From a virus (lineage: Duplodnaviria > Heunggongvirae > Uroviricota > Caudoviricetes), in the IMG/VR virus record IMGVR_UViG_2529292905_000020: a stretch of DNA of 25,360 bases; one strand, 5' to 3'. Of this stretch, positions 7,816-15,876 are shown in pieces. Each line of letters opens with the position of its first letter. The stretch's first letter is position 1. The notes under the pieces are model-generated. The model ran no database searches and was not told the DNA's origin. It saw only the letters and a list, made by a program, of their open reading frames with translations. The translations under genes were made by a program, and so were the position numbers.

Positions 7816-8827
7816 AAAGGTGAAAACCGGCAGTTCATCCAGTAAGTCAGTATTGACCTGGCTTGCTGATATGTGCGGTGCCGATTTGTGTGCATACCCG
7901 TCTGTATCTGCACTGGCAGAAGTAACGGAACTGAACAAAAAGACTGTGCAGGACAGCTTACGACACCTGATGGAGATTGGGTTAATTGTTGATACCGGTG
8001 AGAGAAAAGGCAGAACAAAGCAAATTGTGGTGTACCGACTTATCGGTGTAGAAGAAAGTGTTGCCGAGCCTGAATACACCCAAAAACGGGAGTCTTTAAA
8101 GGTGGGTAAAATTGGTGCTGTTAATAAAAACAGTACCGAAAATGGTTATGTTTCAGCACAAAACAGACCCAAAAACAGAACTCTTAGCTGCATGGAAAAT
8201 AACCAAAGACACCCAAATTTTCCATCAAAGACACCCAAAAACGGATCACGGAACCCAAAGGAACCCAAAGATCTAAACCCCACACATAACGCACGCGAGA
8301 GTGCTCCGACCAGTGAGCAGGAAGTTTTGTCGTTACAGGCAGCCCCCCCTGTATTCCTGTATGGCCTGAGCGAACCCATCGGAAAATTCCCGATGAGCGA
8401 TAGCTGGTATCCGTCACGGGATTTTCGACGACGGGCTGCGTTGTGGGGGATGGCTTTGCCGGAGACAGAATTTACACCTGCTGAACTTGCCGCCTTCCGG
8501 GACTACTGGGCAGCGGAGGGGAAAGTGTTTACGCAGATTCAGTGGGAGCAGAAATTCGCCCGTCACGTAAATCACGTCAGGGCGCAGGTTAAACCAGTCA
8601 GCAAAGGGGTAAACCATGCAGCAGCACCAGGTGGCACCGCATCACGGGCAGTTCAGGAAATTCGGGCAGCACGTGAGCAGTGGGAACGTGAAAACGGATT
8701 TATCAGCGACGGAAACGGCCTGGAAGCTGTGGGAACTCATGGGGGTGGTTTATTCGAACCGCTGGATCCAGAAGAACGGGGCCGCACCTTCGAAGCTCTG
8801 GATTGCACAGATTGGCGCGATGACTGA
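7787..8827 (+). CDS. Replication initiation protein (O-like: N-terminal HTH, C-terminal DnaT-like segment)
   Basis: Start at ATG 7787 (MSIDALRWAKKV...) with AGGGG upstream. C-terminal SDSWYPSRDFRRRAALWG...FRDYWAAEGKVFTQIQWEQKF resembles the DnaT-like domain of lambdoid initiators. Contains iteron-like repeats. 3' end overlaps the P-like ORF out of frame. Confidence 0.75.
   Translation: MSIDALRWAKKVKTGSSSSKSVLTWLADMCGADLCAYPSVSALAEVTELNKKTVQDSLRHLMEIGLIVDTGERKGRTKQIVVYRLIGVEESVAEPEYTQKRESLKVGKIGAVNKNSTENGYVSAQNRPKNRTLSCMENNQRHPNFPSKTPKNGSRNPKEPKDLNPTHNARESAPTSEQEVLSLQAAPPVFLYGLSEPIGKFPMSDSWYPSRDFRRRAALWGMALPETEFTPAELAAFRDYWAAEGKVFTQIQWEQKFARHVNHVRAQVKPVSKGVNHAAAPGGTASRAVQEIRAAREQWERENGFISDGNGLEAVGTHGGGLFEPLDPEERGRTFEALDCTDWRDD
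8201..8271. repeat. Iteron-like direct repeats inside the O-like gene (putative ori)
   Basis: ACACCCAAA at 8209-8217 and 8231-8239; AACCCAAAG at 8253-8261 and 8263-8271. Falls in a low-complexity linker of the protein, as lambda ori lies within O. Confidence 0.45.
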
Positions 8828-9281
8828 GCAGCAAATCCGGCAGGTCTGCCGCCAGTGCATGGACCGCTGCCGGGCGGGTGAAACATGGCCTCCGGACCTG
8901 GCTGAGTTTGTGGCACTGATTTCGAAAAGCGGAGCCAATCCATTCGGTCTGACGGTGGATGCTGTGATGGAGGAGTACCGCCGCTGGCGCAATGAGTCCT
9001 GGCGATACAACGGAAGTGATAAGTACCCGTGGTCTCAGCCTGTGCTGTATCACATTTGCCTCGAGATGCGTTCAAAGGGGATTGAGCGCCAGATGACCGA
9101 AGGGGAATTAAAACGGCTTGCAGAACGGCAACTGACGAAATGGGCAAAGCATGTTAGTAACGGCCTGAGCGTTCCGCCAGTCCGGCGACAACTGGCGGCC
9201 CCCAAACGCCCGTCGGGGCCAACGCCAATTGAGTTGCTGAAACAGGAATATGAACGCCGGAAAGCGGCTGGTTTTGTTTGA
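8616..9281 (+). CDS. Replication protein P-like (helicase loader)
   Basis: 221-aa ORF. C-terminal half resembles lambda P (SDKYPWSQPVLYHICLEMRSKG vs ESYPWKSNAHYWLVTNLYQN). AAAGGGG 7 nt upstream of ATG 8616. The start is uncertain because of a 212-nt overlap with the O-like ORF. Confidence 0.7.
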   Translation: MQQHQVAPHHGQFRKFGQHVSSGNVKTDLSATETAWKLWELMGVVYSNRWIQKNGAAPSKLWIAQIGAMTEQQIRQVCRQCMDRCRAGETWPPDLAEFVALISKSGANPFGLTVDAVMEEYRRWRNESWRYNGSDKYPWSQPVLYHICLEMRSKGIERQMTEGELKRLAERQLTKWAKHVSNGLSVPPVRRQLAAPKRPSGPTPIELLKQEYERRKAAGFV

Positions 9282-9314
9282 GTTGAGAAGTGATTTTTTA
9301 CCGGGAGGAAATTT

Positions 9315-10049
9315 ATGGAGACTGTTTTTGACGCACTGAAAGCGATGGGAAAAGCCACGTCGGTAGAGCTGGCTGCGCGACTTGATATCAGTCGTGAAGA
9401 AGTACTGAACGAGCTGTGGGAACTGAAAAAGGCTGGCTTCGTTGATAAAAGCGTATACACCTGGCGTGTGGCTGATAACAACGTTCAGCAGGAACAGCCA
9501 GCGCCAGAAGAAACCACCACGGCAACAGAAGCGAAAATCTCAGAGTGCGATTTAACCGCGACGATTGAACAACGCGGACCACAAACGGCGGATGAACTGG
9601 CTACGCTGTTCGGTACAACATCCCGCAAAGTTGCTTCAACGCTGGCAATGGCAATCAGCAAAGGTCGTCTGATTCGCGTAAACCAGAACGGTAAAATTCG
9701 TTACTGCATACCAGGTGATAATTTACCAGCAGAGCCGAAAGTTGAATCGGTAGCGGAAACCGATGGTAAAGCCTTTCCTCAGCCAGCCGGTGTTGCGTTA
9801 CCGGTACAGAAAGATGCAACACAGGAAGATATTAAAACAGAAACTGTGGCGGACATTGTGCAGTCGCTGCCATCGTTTACTGCAACGCGAGAAGATGATT
9901 TGATTTTGCCATCGCTGCATATGGCAAATCGCGAACTGCGTAGGGCGAAGAATCATGTCCAGAAGTGGGAGCGAGTCTGCGCCGCGCTGCGGGAGCTGAA
10001 CAAGCACCGGGATATGGTTGCCGGGATTTGTCGGAAGTCCGGGCAATGA
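9315..10049 (+). CDS. Hypothetical protein with two winged-helix-like N-terminal repeats
   Basis: 244-aa ORF with GGGAGG upstream. Two similar segments ([30 protein letters not shown] and [33 protein letters not shown]). Confidence 0.55.
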   Translation: METVFDALKAMGKATSVELAARLDISREEVLNELWELKKAGFVDKSVYTWRVADNNVQQEQPAPEETTTATEAKISECDLTATIEQRGPQTADELATLFGTTSRKVASTLAMAISKGRLIRVNQNGKIRYCIPGDNLPAEPKVESVAETDGKAFPQPAGVALPVQKDATQEDIKTETVADIVQSLPSFTATREDDLILPSLHMANRELRRAKNHVQKWERVCAALRELNKHRDMVAGICRKSGQ

Positions 10050-10178
10050 GCGGATGGTGCAGGCCTGAAATCATGATACTAACAATGAAGGTAAAATGCA
10101 TCGGCAGTCTGATTGGTCGTAGTGAGGCGGCGGTCAGGATGAAAGCCCAGGTTAAGGGAATAAGCCTGATTCTGCGGG

Positions 10179-10490
10179 GTGATTTTCACCAGTCAACAAA
10201 ATATCCGTAGCGCGATAACGGTCAAAAATTATGGTGCTGACACTTTTGTGCCACTGGAGATGACTGTACCTAAGTTCAGGGGAGAAGAACACGTCCGGTG
10301 GGATGGTCGGGCCAGATTTAAAGGGCAGGTCATGGCTCCAGCCTGTACGCTGGCAATGGAGGCTGCCTGGCGGGAAATTGATATGGGAACCACGCCACTC
10401 AGGGATTTACTGCCGGTCCAGAGAATAAATTCCTGTTACGGTTACACCACTGTGATCTTGCAAGTGCAGGAAAGTAGGTCTACACGGTAA
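10179..10490 (+). other. Possible gene remnant (fimbrial-subunit-like segment)
   Basis: 103-aa ORF with no signal peptide. Segment RFKGQVMAPACTLAMEAAW weakly resembles the N-terminal strand of mature type 1 fimbrial subunits (FKGEVVNAACAV). Could be a fragment or spurious. Confidence 0.2.
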
Positions 10491-10716
10491 CGCGAGTGCG
10501 TGTAACTTTTGATGTCATTCCCGTAGAAACACCGGACAAATTTTCGCTGACAGGTCATGCAGAAGGTATAAATCTGCAGATTATGGACAATTACGGATAT
10601 CCGGCAAGAGCCGGAAAAAGCATGCCGCCTCTAATTCTCAGTGGAAGATGGACTTGATTATACTCATTGCATTGTCAGAAATAGTTATCCATTAAAGGCT
10701 GGCTATTCCAAACAGG

Positions 10717-10744
10717 ATGTTGATTACAAAAATGTAATCAACAT
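10717..10744. promoter_or_regulatory. 12-bp perfect inverted repeat (candidate operator)
   Basis: ATGTTGATTACA-AAAA-TGTAATCAACAT, about 165 bp upstream of the binding-protein gene, in AT-rich DNA. Confidence 0.4.
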
Positions 10745-10908
10745 GTAAGGTTTATACTCTTCAATATGCGTATAATTTTCCTTATTTTGTTGACTTTAAA
10801 TAACAAGCTATGCACGAGGTAAAGTCGGATAAGTTTATCTGGATGTAATATATATTATTTGTAGTGTTTATAACTTTATTTCATGATAACCAATAAAAGG
10901 AGTTTTTT

Positions 10909-11667
10909 ATGAGGAACATAATGGCAGGTTTTTTAATATTCCTGTCTTCTGCTGCTTATGCTGATATCAATCTGTATGGTCCTGGTGGCCCGCATACAGC
11001 CTTGCTTGATGCAGCCAAACTTTATGCCGAAAAAACAGGTATTATAGTGAACGTTCATTACGGCCCACAGAACAAATGGAATGAAGATGCCAAAAAAAAT
11101 GCAGATATCTTGTTTGGCGCATCAGAACAATCTGCTCTGGCTATCATTCGGGACCATAAAGACAGCTTCAGTGAAAAAGATATTCAGCCTCTTTATCTGC
11201 GAAAAAGTATTTTACTGGTAAAGAAAGGTAATCCTAAAAATATCCGGAGTATTGACGACCTGACCAGACCTGGGATTGGCGTAATTGTTAATGATGGTGG
11301 TGGTACCAGTAATACATCAGGCACTGGCGTCTGGGAAGATATTGCCGGACGTAAAGGGAATATAGAAACTGTCGCCGCAATCCGAAAAAATATTATTTTA
11401 TATGCGCCCAATAGCGGAACTGCACGTAAGGCTCTTGAGAATCAGCCTGGAGCAGATGTCTGGATAACCTGGGCTGACTGGGCAGCCAGTAATCCAGAAA
11501 TTGGTGATGTCGTGGAAATAGCGCCAGACTACGTGATATGGCGTGATATGAACATTACAGTACGTCAGGATGCAAATGATGAAACCCGTCGATTTGCAGA
11601 ATGGCTACAAACCGATGAAGCGGCGCCTGCATTCAAAAAATATGGCTGGACCAGGAAAGGCACTTGA
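10909..11667 (+). CDS. Periplasmic substrate-binding protein, ModA/TupA-like type II fold, with Sec signal peptide
   Basis: 252-aa ORF, AAGGAG upstream. N-terminal signal peptide (MRNIMAGFLIFLSSAAYA then D). Colinear resemblance to E. coli ModA over the whole length (C-terminal FAEWLQTDEAAPAFKKYGW vs FYDYLKGPQAAEIFKRYGF). AT-rich codon usage. No adjacent ABC permease or ATPase gene. Confidence 0.8.
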   Translation: MRNIMAGFLIFLSSAAYADINLYGPGGPHTALLDAAKLYAEKTGIIVNVHYGPQNKWNEDAKKNADILFGASEQSALAIIRDHKDSFSEKDIQPLYLRKSILLVKKGNPKNIRSIDDLTRPGIGVIVNDGGGTSNTSGTGVWEDIAGRKGNIETVAAIRKNIILYAPNSGTARKALENQPGADVWITWADWAASNPEIGDVVEIAPDYVIWRDMNITVRQDANDETRRFAEWLQTDEAAPAFKKYGWTRKGT

Positions 11668-12002
11668 CATCCTCGTCCTTCAGGACGTGGATTCTTTTTC
11701 CGGATGCCGCGCCAGCGGCATGTAGGGGCAGCTCACAAAACGGAAAAAATTGTACGCTAAGCCTCGCCAGGTGAACTGAATTCATTCCGATATGGGAATT
11801 CCCATATCGGGCGAAAACGGTTTGCTGTAACGGCAGAGTTAAGTAGGATTGCTGCGGGTGCTTGAGGCTATCTGCCTCGGGCATGAACACCAACGGCAGA
11901 TAGATAAAAGCCCCACCCGACTATAAATCGAAGTGAGGCCCCTATATGCTCGTCACATATAGATTGCCTCTTACGGACCGAAAGGTCAAGGAGAAGCAGG
12001 CT

Positions 12003-12158
12003 ATGAAGCAGCAAAAGGCGATGTTAATCGCCCTGATCGTCATCTGTTTAACCGTCATAGTGACGGCACTGGTAACGAGGAAAGACCTCTGCGAGGTACG
12101 AATCCGAACCGGCCAGACGGAGGTCGCTGTCTTCACAGCTTACGAACCTGAGGAGTAA
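12003..12158 (+). CDS. hokD: Hok/Gef-family membrane toxin (51 aa)
   Basis: MKQQKAMLIALIVICLTVIVTALVTRKDLCEVRIRTGQTEVAVFTAYEPEE is a Hok-family sequence, matching my recollection of HokD/RelF. Structured leader and 3' fold-back complement present. Confidence 0.85.
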   Translation: MKQQKAMLIALIVICLTVIVTALVTRKDLCEVRIRTGQTEVAVFTAYEPEE

Positions 12159-12228
12159 GAGACCAGGCGGGGGAGAAATCCCTCGCCACCTCTGATGTGT
12201 CAGGCATCCTCAACGCACCCGCACTTAA

Positions 12229-12254
12229 CCCGCTTCGGCGGGTTTTTGTTTTTA
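12229..12254 (+). terminator. Intrinsic terminator after hokD
   Basis: CCCGC-TTCG-GCGGG stem-loop followed by TTTTTGTTTTT. Confidence 0.6.
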
Positions 12255-12386
12255 TTTTCAACGCGTTTGAAGTTCCGGACGGCGCCGGAATAGAATCAAA
12301 AATACTTAAGTAGCGCGCAGGGAGAAGAGGGATGGACCCCGAACTGAACCGCCCCGGTTTTCCTGGAGAGTGTTTTATCTGTGAAC

Positions 12387-13274
12387 TCAGGCTGCCAGAT
12401 CATCGTTTCTGATGGAAGCATAATAAGCTTTTTCTGCTTCTGCCGGAGGGATATGACCCAGCCTTCCCAGCAATCGTCGATTGTTATACCAGTCCACCCA
12501 CGTGAGTGTGGCCAGTTCCACTTCTGCACGGTTTTTCCAGCTCTTACGGTGTATTACCTCCGCTTTGTAAAGACCATTGATGCTCTCCGCCATCGCGTTG
12601 TCATACGAGTCACCTGTACTCCCTGTTGATGCCAGCAGTTTTGCTTCTTTTAGTCGCTCCGTATAGGCCAGTGATACATACTGAGAACCTTTATCACTGT
12701 GATGGACTGTGCCGGACGGCCGACGGGCCCACAACGCCTGCTCCAGTGCATCCAGCACGAATGTCGTTTCCATAGACGATGAGACTCGCCACCCCACGAT
12801 GCATCCGGCAAACACATCAATGATGAACGCCACATAGACGAAGCCCTGCCATGTGCTGACGTAAGTAAAATCAGCCACCCACAGCTGGTCAGGACGTTCT
12901 GCCACGAACTGACGGTTTACGCGGTCGCCTGCGGAAACGGCTTTCCGGCTGACGGTAGTACGGACCTTTTTACCCCGGAGAACACCGGCAAGTCCCATAA
13001 CCGCCATGAGGCGCGCCACTGTACATCTGGCCACCCTGATACCTTCGCGTAACAACTGGCGCCAGACTTTACGCACACCGTACACCTGATGATTTTCATC
13101 GTATACGCGCTGTATCTCTCTCTTCAGCCAGTCATCGCGCTGCGCACGGGCACTGCGTTTATCAGGATGATGTCGCTGTTGCTGACAGTGGTAATACGTT
13201 GACGGGGCAATATGCAGTTCACTGCATACCGGTCCGACCCCGTACTGCTCACGCAGCTTATCCAGCAGTGGCAT
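12387..13274 (-). CDS. IS629 transposase OrfB (DDE catalytic domain)
   Basis: 295-aa ORF with the IS3-family OrfB C-terminus (...LGHIPPAEAEKAYYASIRNDDLAA). Confidence 0.9.
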   Translation of the reverse strand: MPLLDKLREQYGVGPVCSELHIAPSTYYHCQQQRHHPDKRSARAQRDDWLKREIQRVYDENHQVYGVRKVWRQLLREGIRVARCTVARLMAVMGLAGVLRGKKVRTTVSRKAVSAGDRVNRQFVAERPDQLWVADFTYVSTWQGFVYVAFIIDVFAGCIVGWRVSSSMETTFVLDALEQALWARRPSGTVHHSDKGSQYVSLAYTERLKEAKLLASTGSTGDSYDNAMAESINGLYKAEVIHRKSWKNRAEVELATLTWVDWYNNRRLLGRLGHIPPAEAEKAYYASIRNDDLAA

Positions 13275-13600
13275 TATTTTTTCCAGAGGCGGTCGAACTC
13301 CGCCTTCGCAAAATAAGCGGAAGCCTGGCGAAGGATATCGTTACTGCGGCGCAGTTCACGATTTTCACGTTCCAGCTCTTTCAGACGCTGACGTTCAGCG
13401 GTGGTGAATCCACCATCACCACTCCCGGTATCCCGCTCATGCTGACGAACCCACACACGCAGAGTCTCTGGCGTACAGCCAATCTTTGGGGCAATGGAAC
13501 AAATTGCCGCCCATTGTGAGTCATATTCGCCCTGACTTTCCAGAACCATACGAACTGCCCGTTGACGGACCTCGGGGGAAAAACGTGTATTTTTAGTCAT
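13274..13600 (-). CDS. IS629 transposase OrfA (HTH)
   Basis: 108-aa [22 protein letters not shown]... matching remembered IS629 OrfA. Its stop overlaps the OrfB ATG (TAATG) beside an A6 run. Confidence 0.9.
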   Translation of the reverse strand: MTKNTRFSPEVRQRAVRMVLESQGEYDSQWAAICSIAPKIGCTPETLRVWVRQHERDTGSGDGGFTTAERQRLKELERENRELRRSNDILRQASAYFAKAEFDRLWKK

Positions 13601-13692
13601 CCTGTTTACCTCTTTCTCAGGGAGTTTAGTCTCCAGGATTCCCGGGGCGGTTCAAACAGGGGGAGTGCTATTTATCTGGAAGGATTCTGTTG

Positions 13693-13950
13693 ATGAAAAT
13701 CGAAGAATTACGTGAAATTTTTAGTGAAGATGGCCTCTATACTGTGCGCGTTGAGAATGGCGCTATTGTCAGCCACTGCCGTATTAAATGTTTACAGTCT
13801 CTACATAGGAAGAGTGGAGCTGCGTTAATTTACTTTGTGGATGGGCTTGTGACGGATGGTTTTATTTTGCGTGCAAATGAATTTGTCACATCGTTGCCGT
13901 CTCTGAAAGAAGCTGGGATTAAGGCTGGTTTTTCTGCTTTTGAAGATTAG
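13693..13950 (+). CDS. Hypothetical protein (85 aa)
   Basis: ORF starting at ATG 13693 (the ORF-track position 13690 is TTG). GGAAGGA upstream. Directly downstream of the IS629 right end. No recognised family. Confidence 0.45.
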   Translation: MKIEELREIFSEDGLYTVRVENGAIVSHCRIKCLQSLHRKSGAALIYFVDGLVTDGFILRANEFVTSLPSLKEAGIKAGFSAFED

Positions 13951-14019
13951 TGAATTCATCTACAATTCAGCGCAGGGCTGAACCCCTGTTGAGTAACACT
14001 GTGCCACCGGAGAAAGCCG

Positions 14020-14298
14020 ATGGCGCAAAATTCCAGACTACACAATTCTGATAATTCAGCCGTCTTTGCCAGCAGGCACGGGCGGCGTTCTCATGCATTC
14101 AAATCTGACTGGTTCCGGCACGCCCCATGCACTGAAGAACAGGCCGAATGGCTGATTCAGAACTACCGCAGACGTGGGTATGAGTTTAGGAAAGCCCTCA
14201 GCCTCGATTATCGTCACTGGATAATCTACGTCAGGCTGCCGTACTCCGAGCGCCTACCGCGTCCGTCCCGCACATTCCAGCAACGCATCTGGAGGTAA
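14020..14298 (+). CDS. Hypothetical basic protein (92 aa)
   Basis: ORF with GGAG upstream. Its stop is immediately followed by the GGAGG site and GTG start of the next gene. Confidence 0.4.
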   Translation: MAQNSRLHNSDNSAVFASRHGRRSHAFKSDWFRHAPCTEEQAEWLIQNYRRRGYEFRKALSLDYRHWIIYVRLPYSERLPRPSRTFQQRIWR

Positions 14299-14299
14299 C

Positions 14300-15355
14300 G
14301 TGCGGGTATTACTTCGACCTGTTCCGGTACCGGAACTTGGGTTGGTGGTCCTTAAACCAGGCCGTGAATCCATGCAGGTATTCCATAACCCTCGAGTGCT
14401 TGTGGAGCCGGAACCGAAAAGCATGCGCGGTCTGCCGTCCGGCATCGTCCCTGCCGTTCGCCAGCCGCTGGCGGAGGATAAATCATTACTGCCGTTTTTC
14501 AGCAATGAGCGTGTGATTCGTGCTGTTGGTGGCGCTGGTGCACTGTCTGACTGGCTGTTGCGTCATGTCAAATCCTGCCAGTGGCCTCATGGTGACTATC
14601 ATCACAGTGAAACCGTTATTCACCGTTATGGTACCGGCGCAATGGTGTTGTGCTGGCACTGCGACAACCAGCTGCGTGACCAGACATCCGAATCACTCGA
14701 GCAACTTGCTCATCAAAACCTGTCAGCATGGATGATTGACGTCATCGGTCACGCAATAAGCGGTACGCAGGAGCGTGAATTATCTCTGGCTGAATTATCC
14801 TGGTGGGCGGTCCGCAATCAGGTGGCGGACGCGCTACCGGAAGCGGTATTACGTCGTTCGCTGGGGTTGCGTGCGGAAAAAATCCGCTCAATGTACCGTG
14901 AAAGCGACATCGTACCGGGAGAGCAGACCGCCACCATCATACTGAAGCAGCGCACAAAAAATCTTGCGCCGCTGCCTCACGCCCACCAGCAAAACCCGCC
15001 ACAGGAAAAGACGGTGGTCAGCATTGCCGTTGATCCGGAGTCACCGGCTCAGTATCTCCAGCGCCAGAAACCACAACGGGAAGAGATGCCTGTATACACG
15101 CGCTGGGTAAAAACGCAGAAATGCATGACGTGCGGTAATCAGGCAGATGATCCGCATCACATCATTGGTCATGGACTGGGAGGGATGGGAACAAAGGCTG
15201 ATGATTTGTTTGTTATTCCGCTGTGCCGTAAATGTCATAACGAACTGCACGCTGGGGTAAAAGATTTTGAAGAAAAACACGGCAGCCAGCTGTTGTTGCT
15301 GATTCGTTTTTTAATGCACGCGAGAAATTCGGGTGTCCTGAAGTGGAAAGCATGA
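14300..15355 (+). CDS. ydfU: YdfU-like DUF968 protein with C-terminal Cys/His HNH-like motif
   Basis: 351-aa ORF, GTG start with GGAGG upstream. C-terminus CMTCGNQADDPHHIIGHGLGG...PLCRKCHNELH is typical of the lambdoid nin-region DUF968 family. Confidence 0.75.
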   Translation: MRVLLRPVPVPELGLVVLKPGRESMQVFHNPRVLVEPEPKSMRGLPSGIVPAVRQPLAEDKSLLPFFSNERVIRAVGGAGALSDWLLRHVKSCQWPHGDYHHSETVIHRYGTGAMVLCWHCDNQLRDQTSESLEQLAHQNLSAWMIDVIGHAISGTQERELSLAELSWWAVRNQVADALPEAVLRRSLGLRAEKIRSMYRESDIVPGEQTATIILKQRTKNLAPLPHAHQQNPPQEKTVVSIAVDPESPAQYLQRQKPQREEMPVYTRWVKTQKCMTCGNQADDPHHIIGHGLGGMGTKADDLFVIPLCRKCHNELHAGVKDFEEKHGSQLLLLIRFLMHARNSGVLKWKA

Positions 15356-15721
15356 ATGACTGAACGGATAGAATTTGTTTTGCCTTACCCGCCGACGGTG
15401 AATACCTACTGGCGACGTCATGGCAATACGTATTTCATCTCGGAAGCCGGAAAGCGTTATCGCCGTGATGTGGCGCTAATTGTTCGCCAGCAGCGGCTGA
15501 AATTAAACCTGTCCGGAAGGCTGGTGATAAAGATTATTGCAGAGCCACCGGATAAGCGCCGTCGTGACCTGGACAATATCCTGAAAGCACCACTGGATGT
15601 GCTGACGCATGCCGGACTTCTCATAGACGACGAGCAGTTTGATGAAATCAATATTGTGCGCGGTCAGCTCGTTCCTGGTGGGCGGCTGGGGATAAAAATC
15701 ACAGAACTGGAGTGCGCATGA
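15356..15721 (+). CDS. rusA: RusA Holliday-junction resolvase
   Basis: 121-aa ORF with RusA hallmarks (YPPTVNTYWRRHGN..., RRRDLDNILKAPLDVLTHAGLLIDDEQ). Confidence 0.9.
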   Translation: MTERIEFVLPYPPTVNTYWRRHGNTYFISEAGKRYRRDVALIVRQQRLKLNLSGRLVIKIIAEPPDKRRRDLDNILKAPLDVLTHAGLLIDDEQFDEINIVRGQLVPGGRLGIKITELECA

Positions 15722-15876
15722 ATAACCACTATTTACAGTTTGTGCGTGAGCAGCTCATTATCGCCACCGCTGATTTGAGTGGGGCAACAAAAGGTCAGCT
15801 TGAAGCCTGGCAGGAGAATGCCATGTTCGATACAGGGCGTTACAGGCGAAAAAAATCCGGTACCGCGATGAAGTGA
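15718..15876 (+). CDS. Small hypothetical protein (52 aa)
   Basis: Below the ORF-track size cutoff. ATG overlaps the rusA stop (ATGA); its stop overlaps the GTG of the next gene. Position matches the small gene between rusA and Q in DLP12-type prophages. Confidence 0.3.
   Translation: MNNHYLQFVREQLIIATADLSGATKGQLEAWQENAMFDTGRYRRKKSGTAMK

Larger units (their letters stand above)
12345..13654 (-). mobile_element. IS629 (IS3 family) insertion sequence, 1310 bp
   Basis: Terminal inverted repeats TGAACCGCCCCGG(TTTT/GAAT)CCTGGAGA at 12345-12369 and 13630-13654. Flanking 3-bp direct repeat AAC (12342-12344 and 13655-13657). Encodes OrfA and OrfB. Confidence 0.85.

Noticed and set aside
9965-10210. 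81-aa ORF overlapping the end of the 244-aa gene
   Set aside because: Mostly overlaps the preceding gene in another frame. Only a short (~41 aa) non-overlapping tail with no RBS; insufficient support.
10717-10744. The 12-bp inverted repeat as an intrinsic terminator
   Set aside because: The stem would be AU-rich and is not followed by a U-tract on either strand. An operator or protein-binding site is the better reading.
11670-12002. relB/relE genes upstream of hokD (K-12 relBE-hokD arrangement)
   Set aside because: No ORF in this interval resembles RelB or RelE. The interval is a structured leader, so hok here is not part of a relBEF operon.
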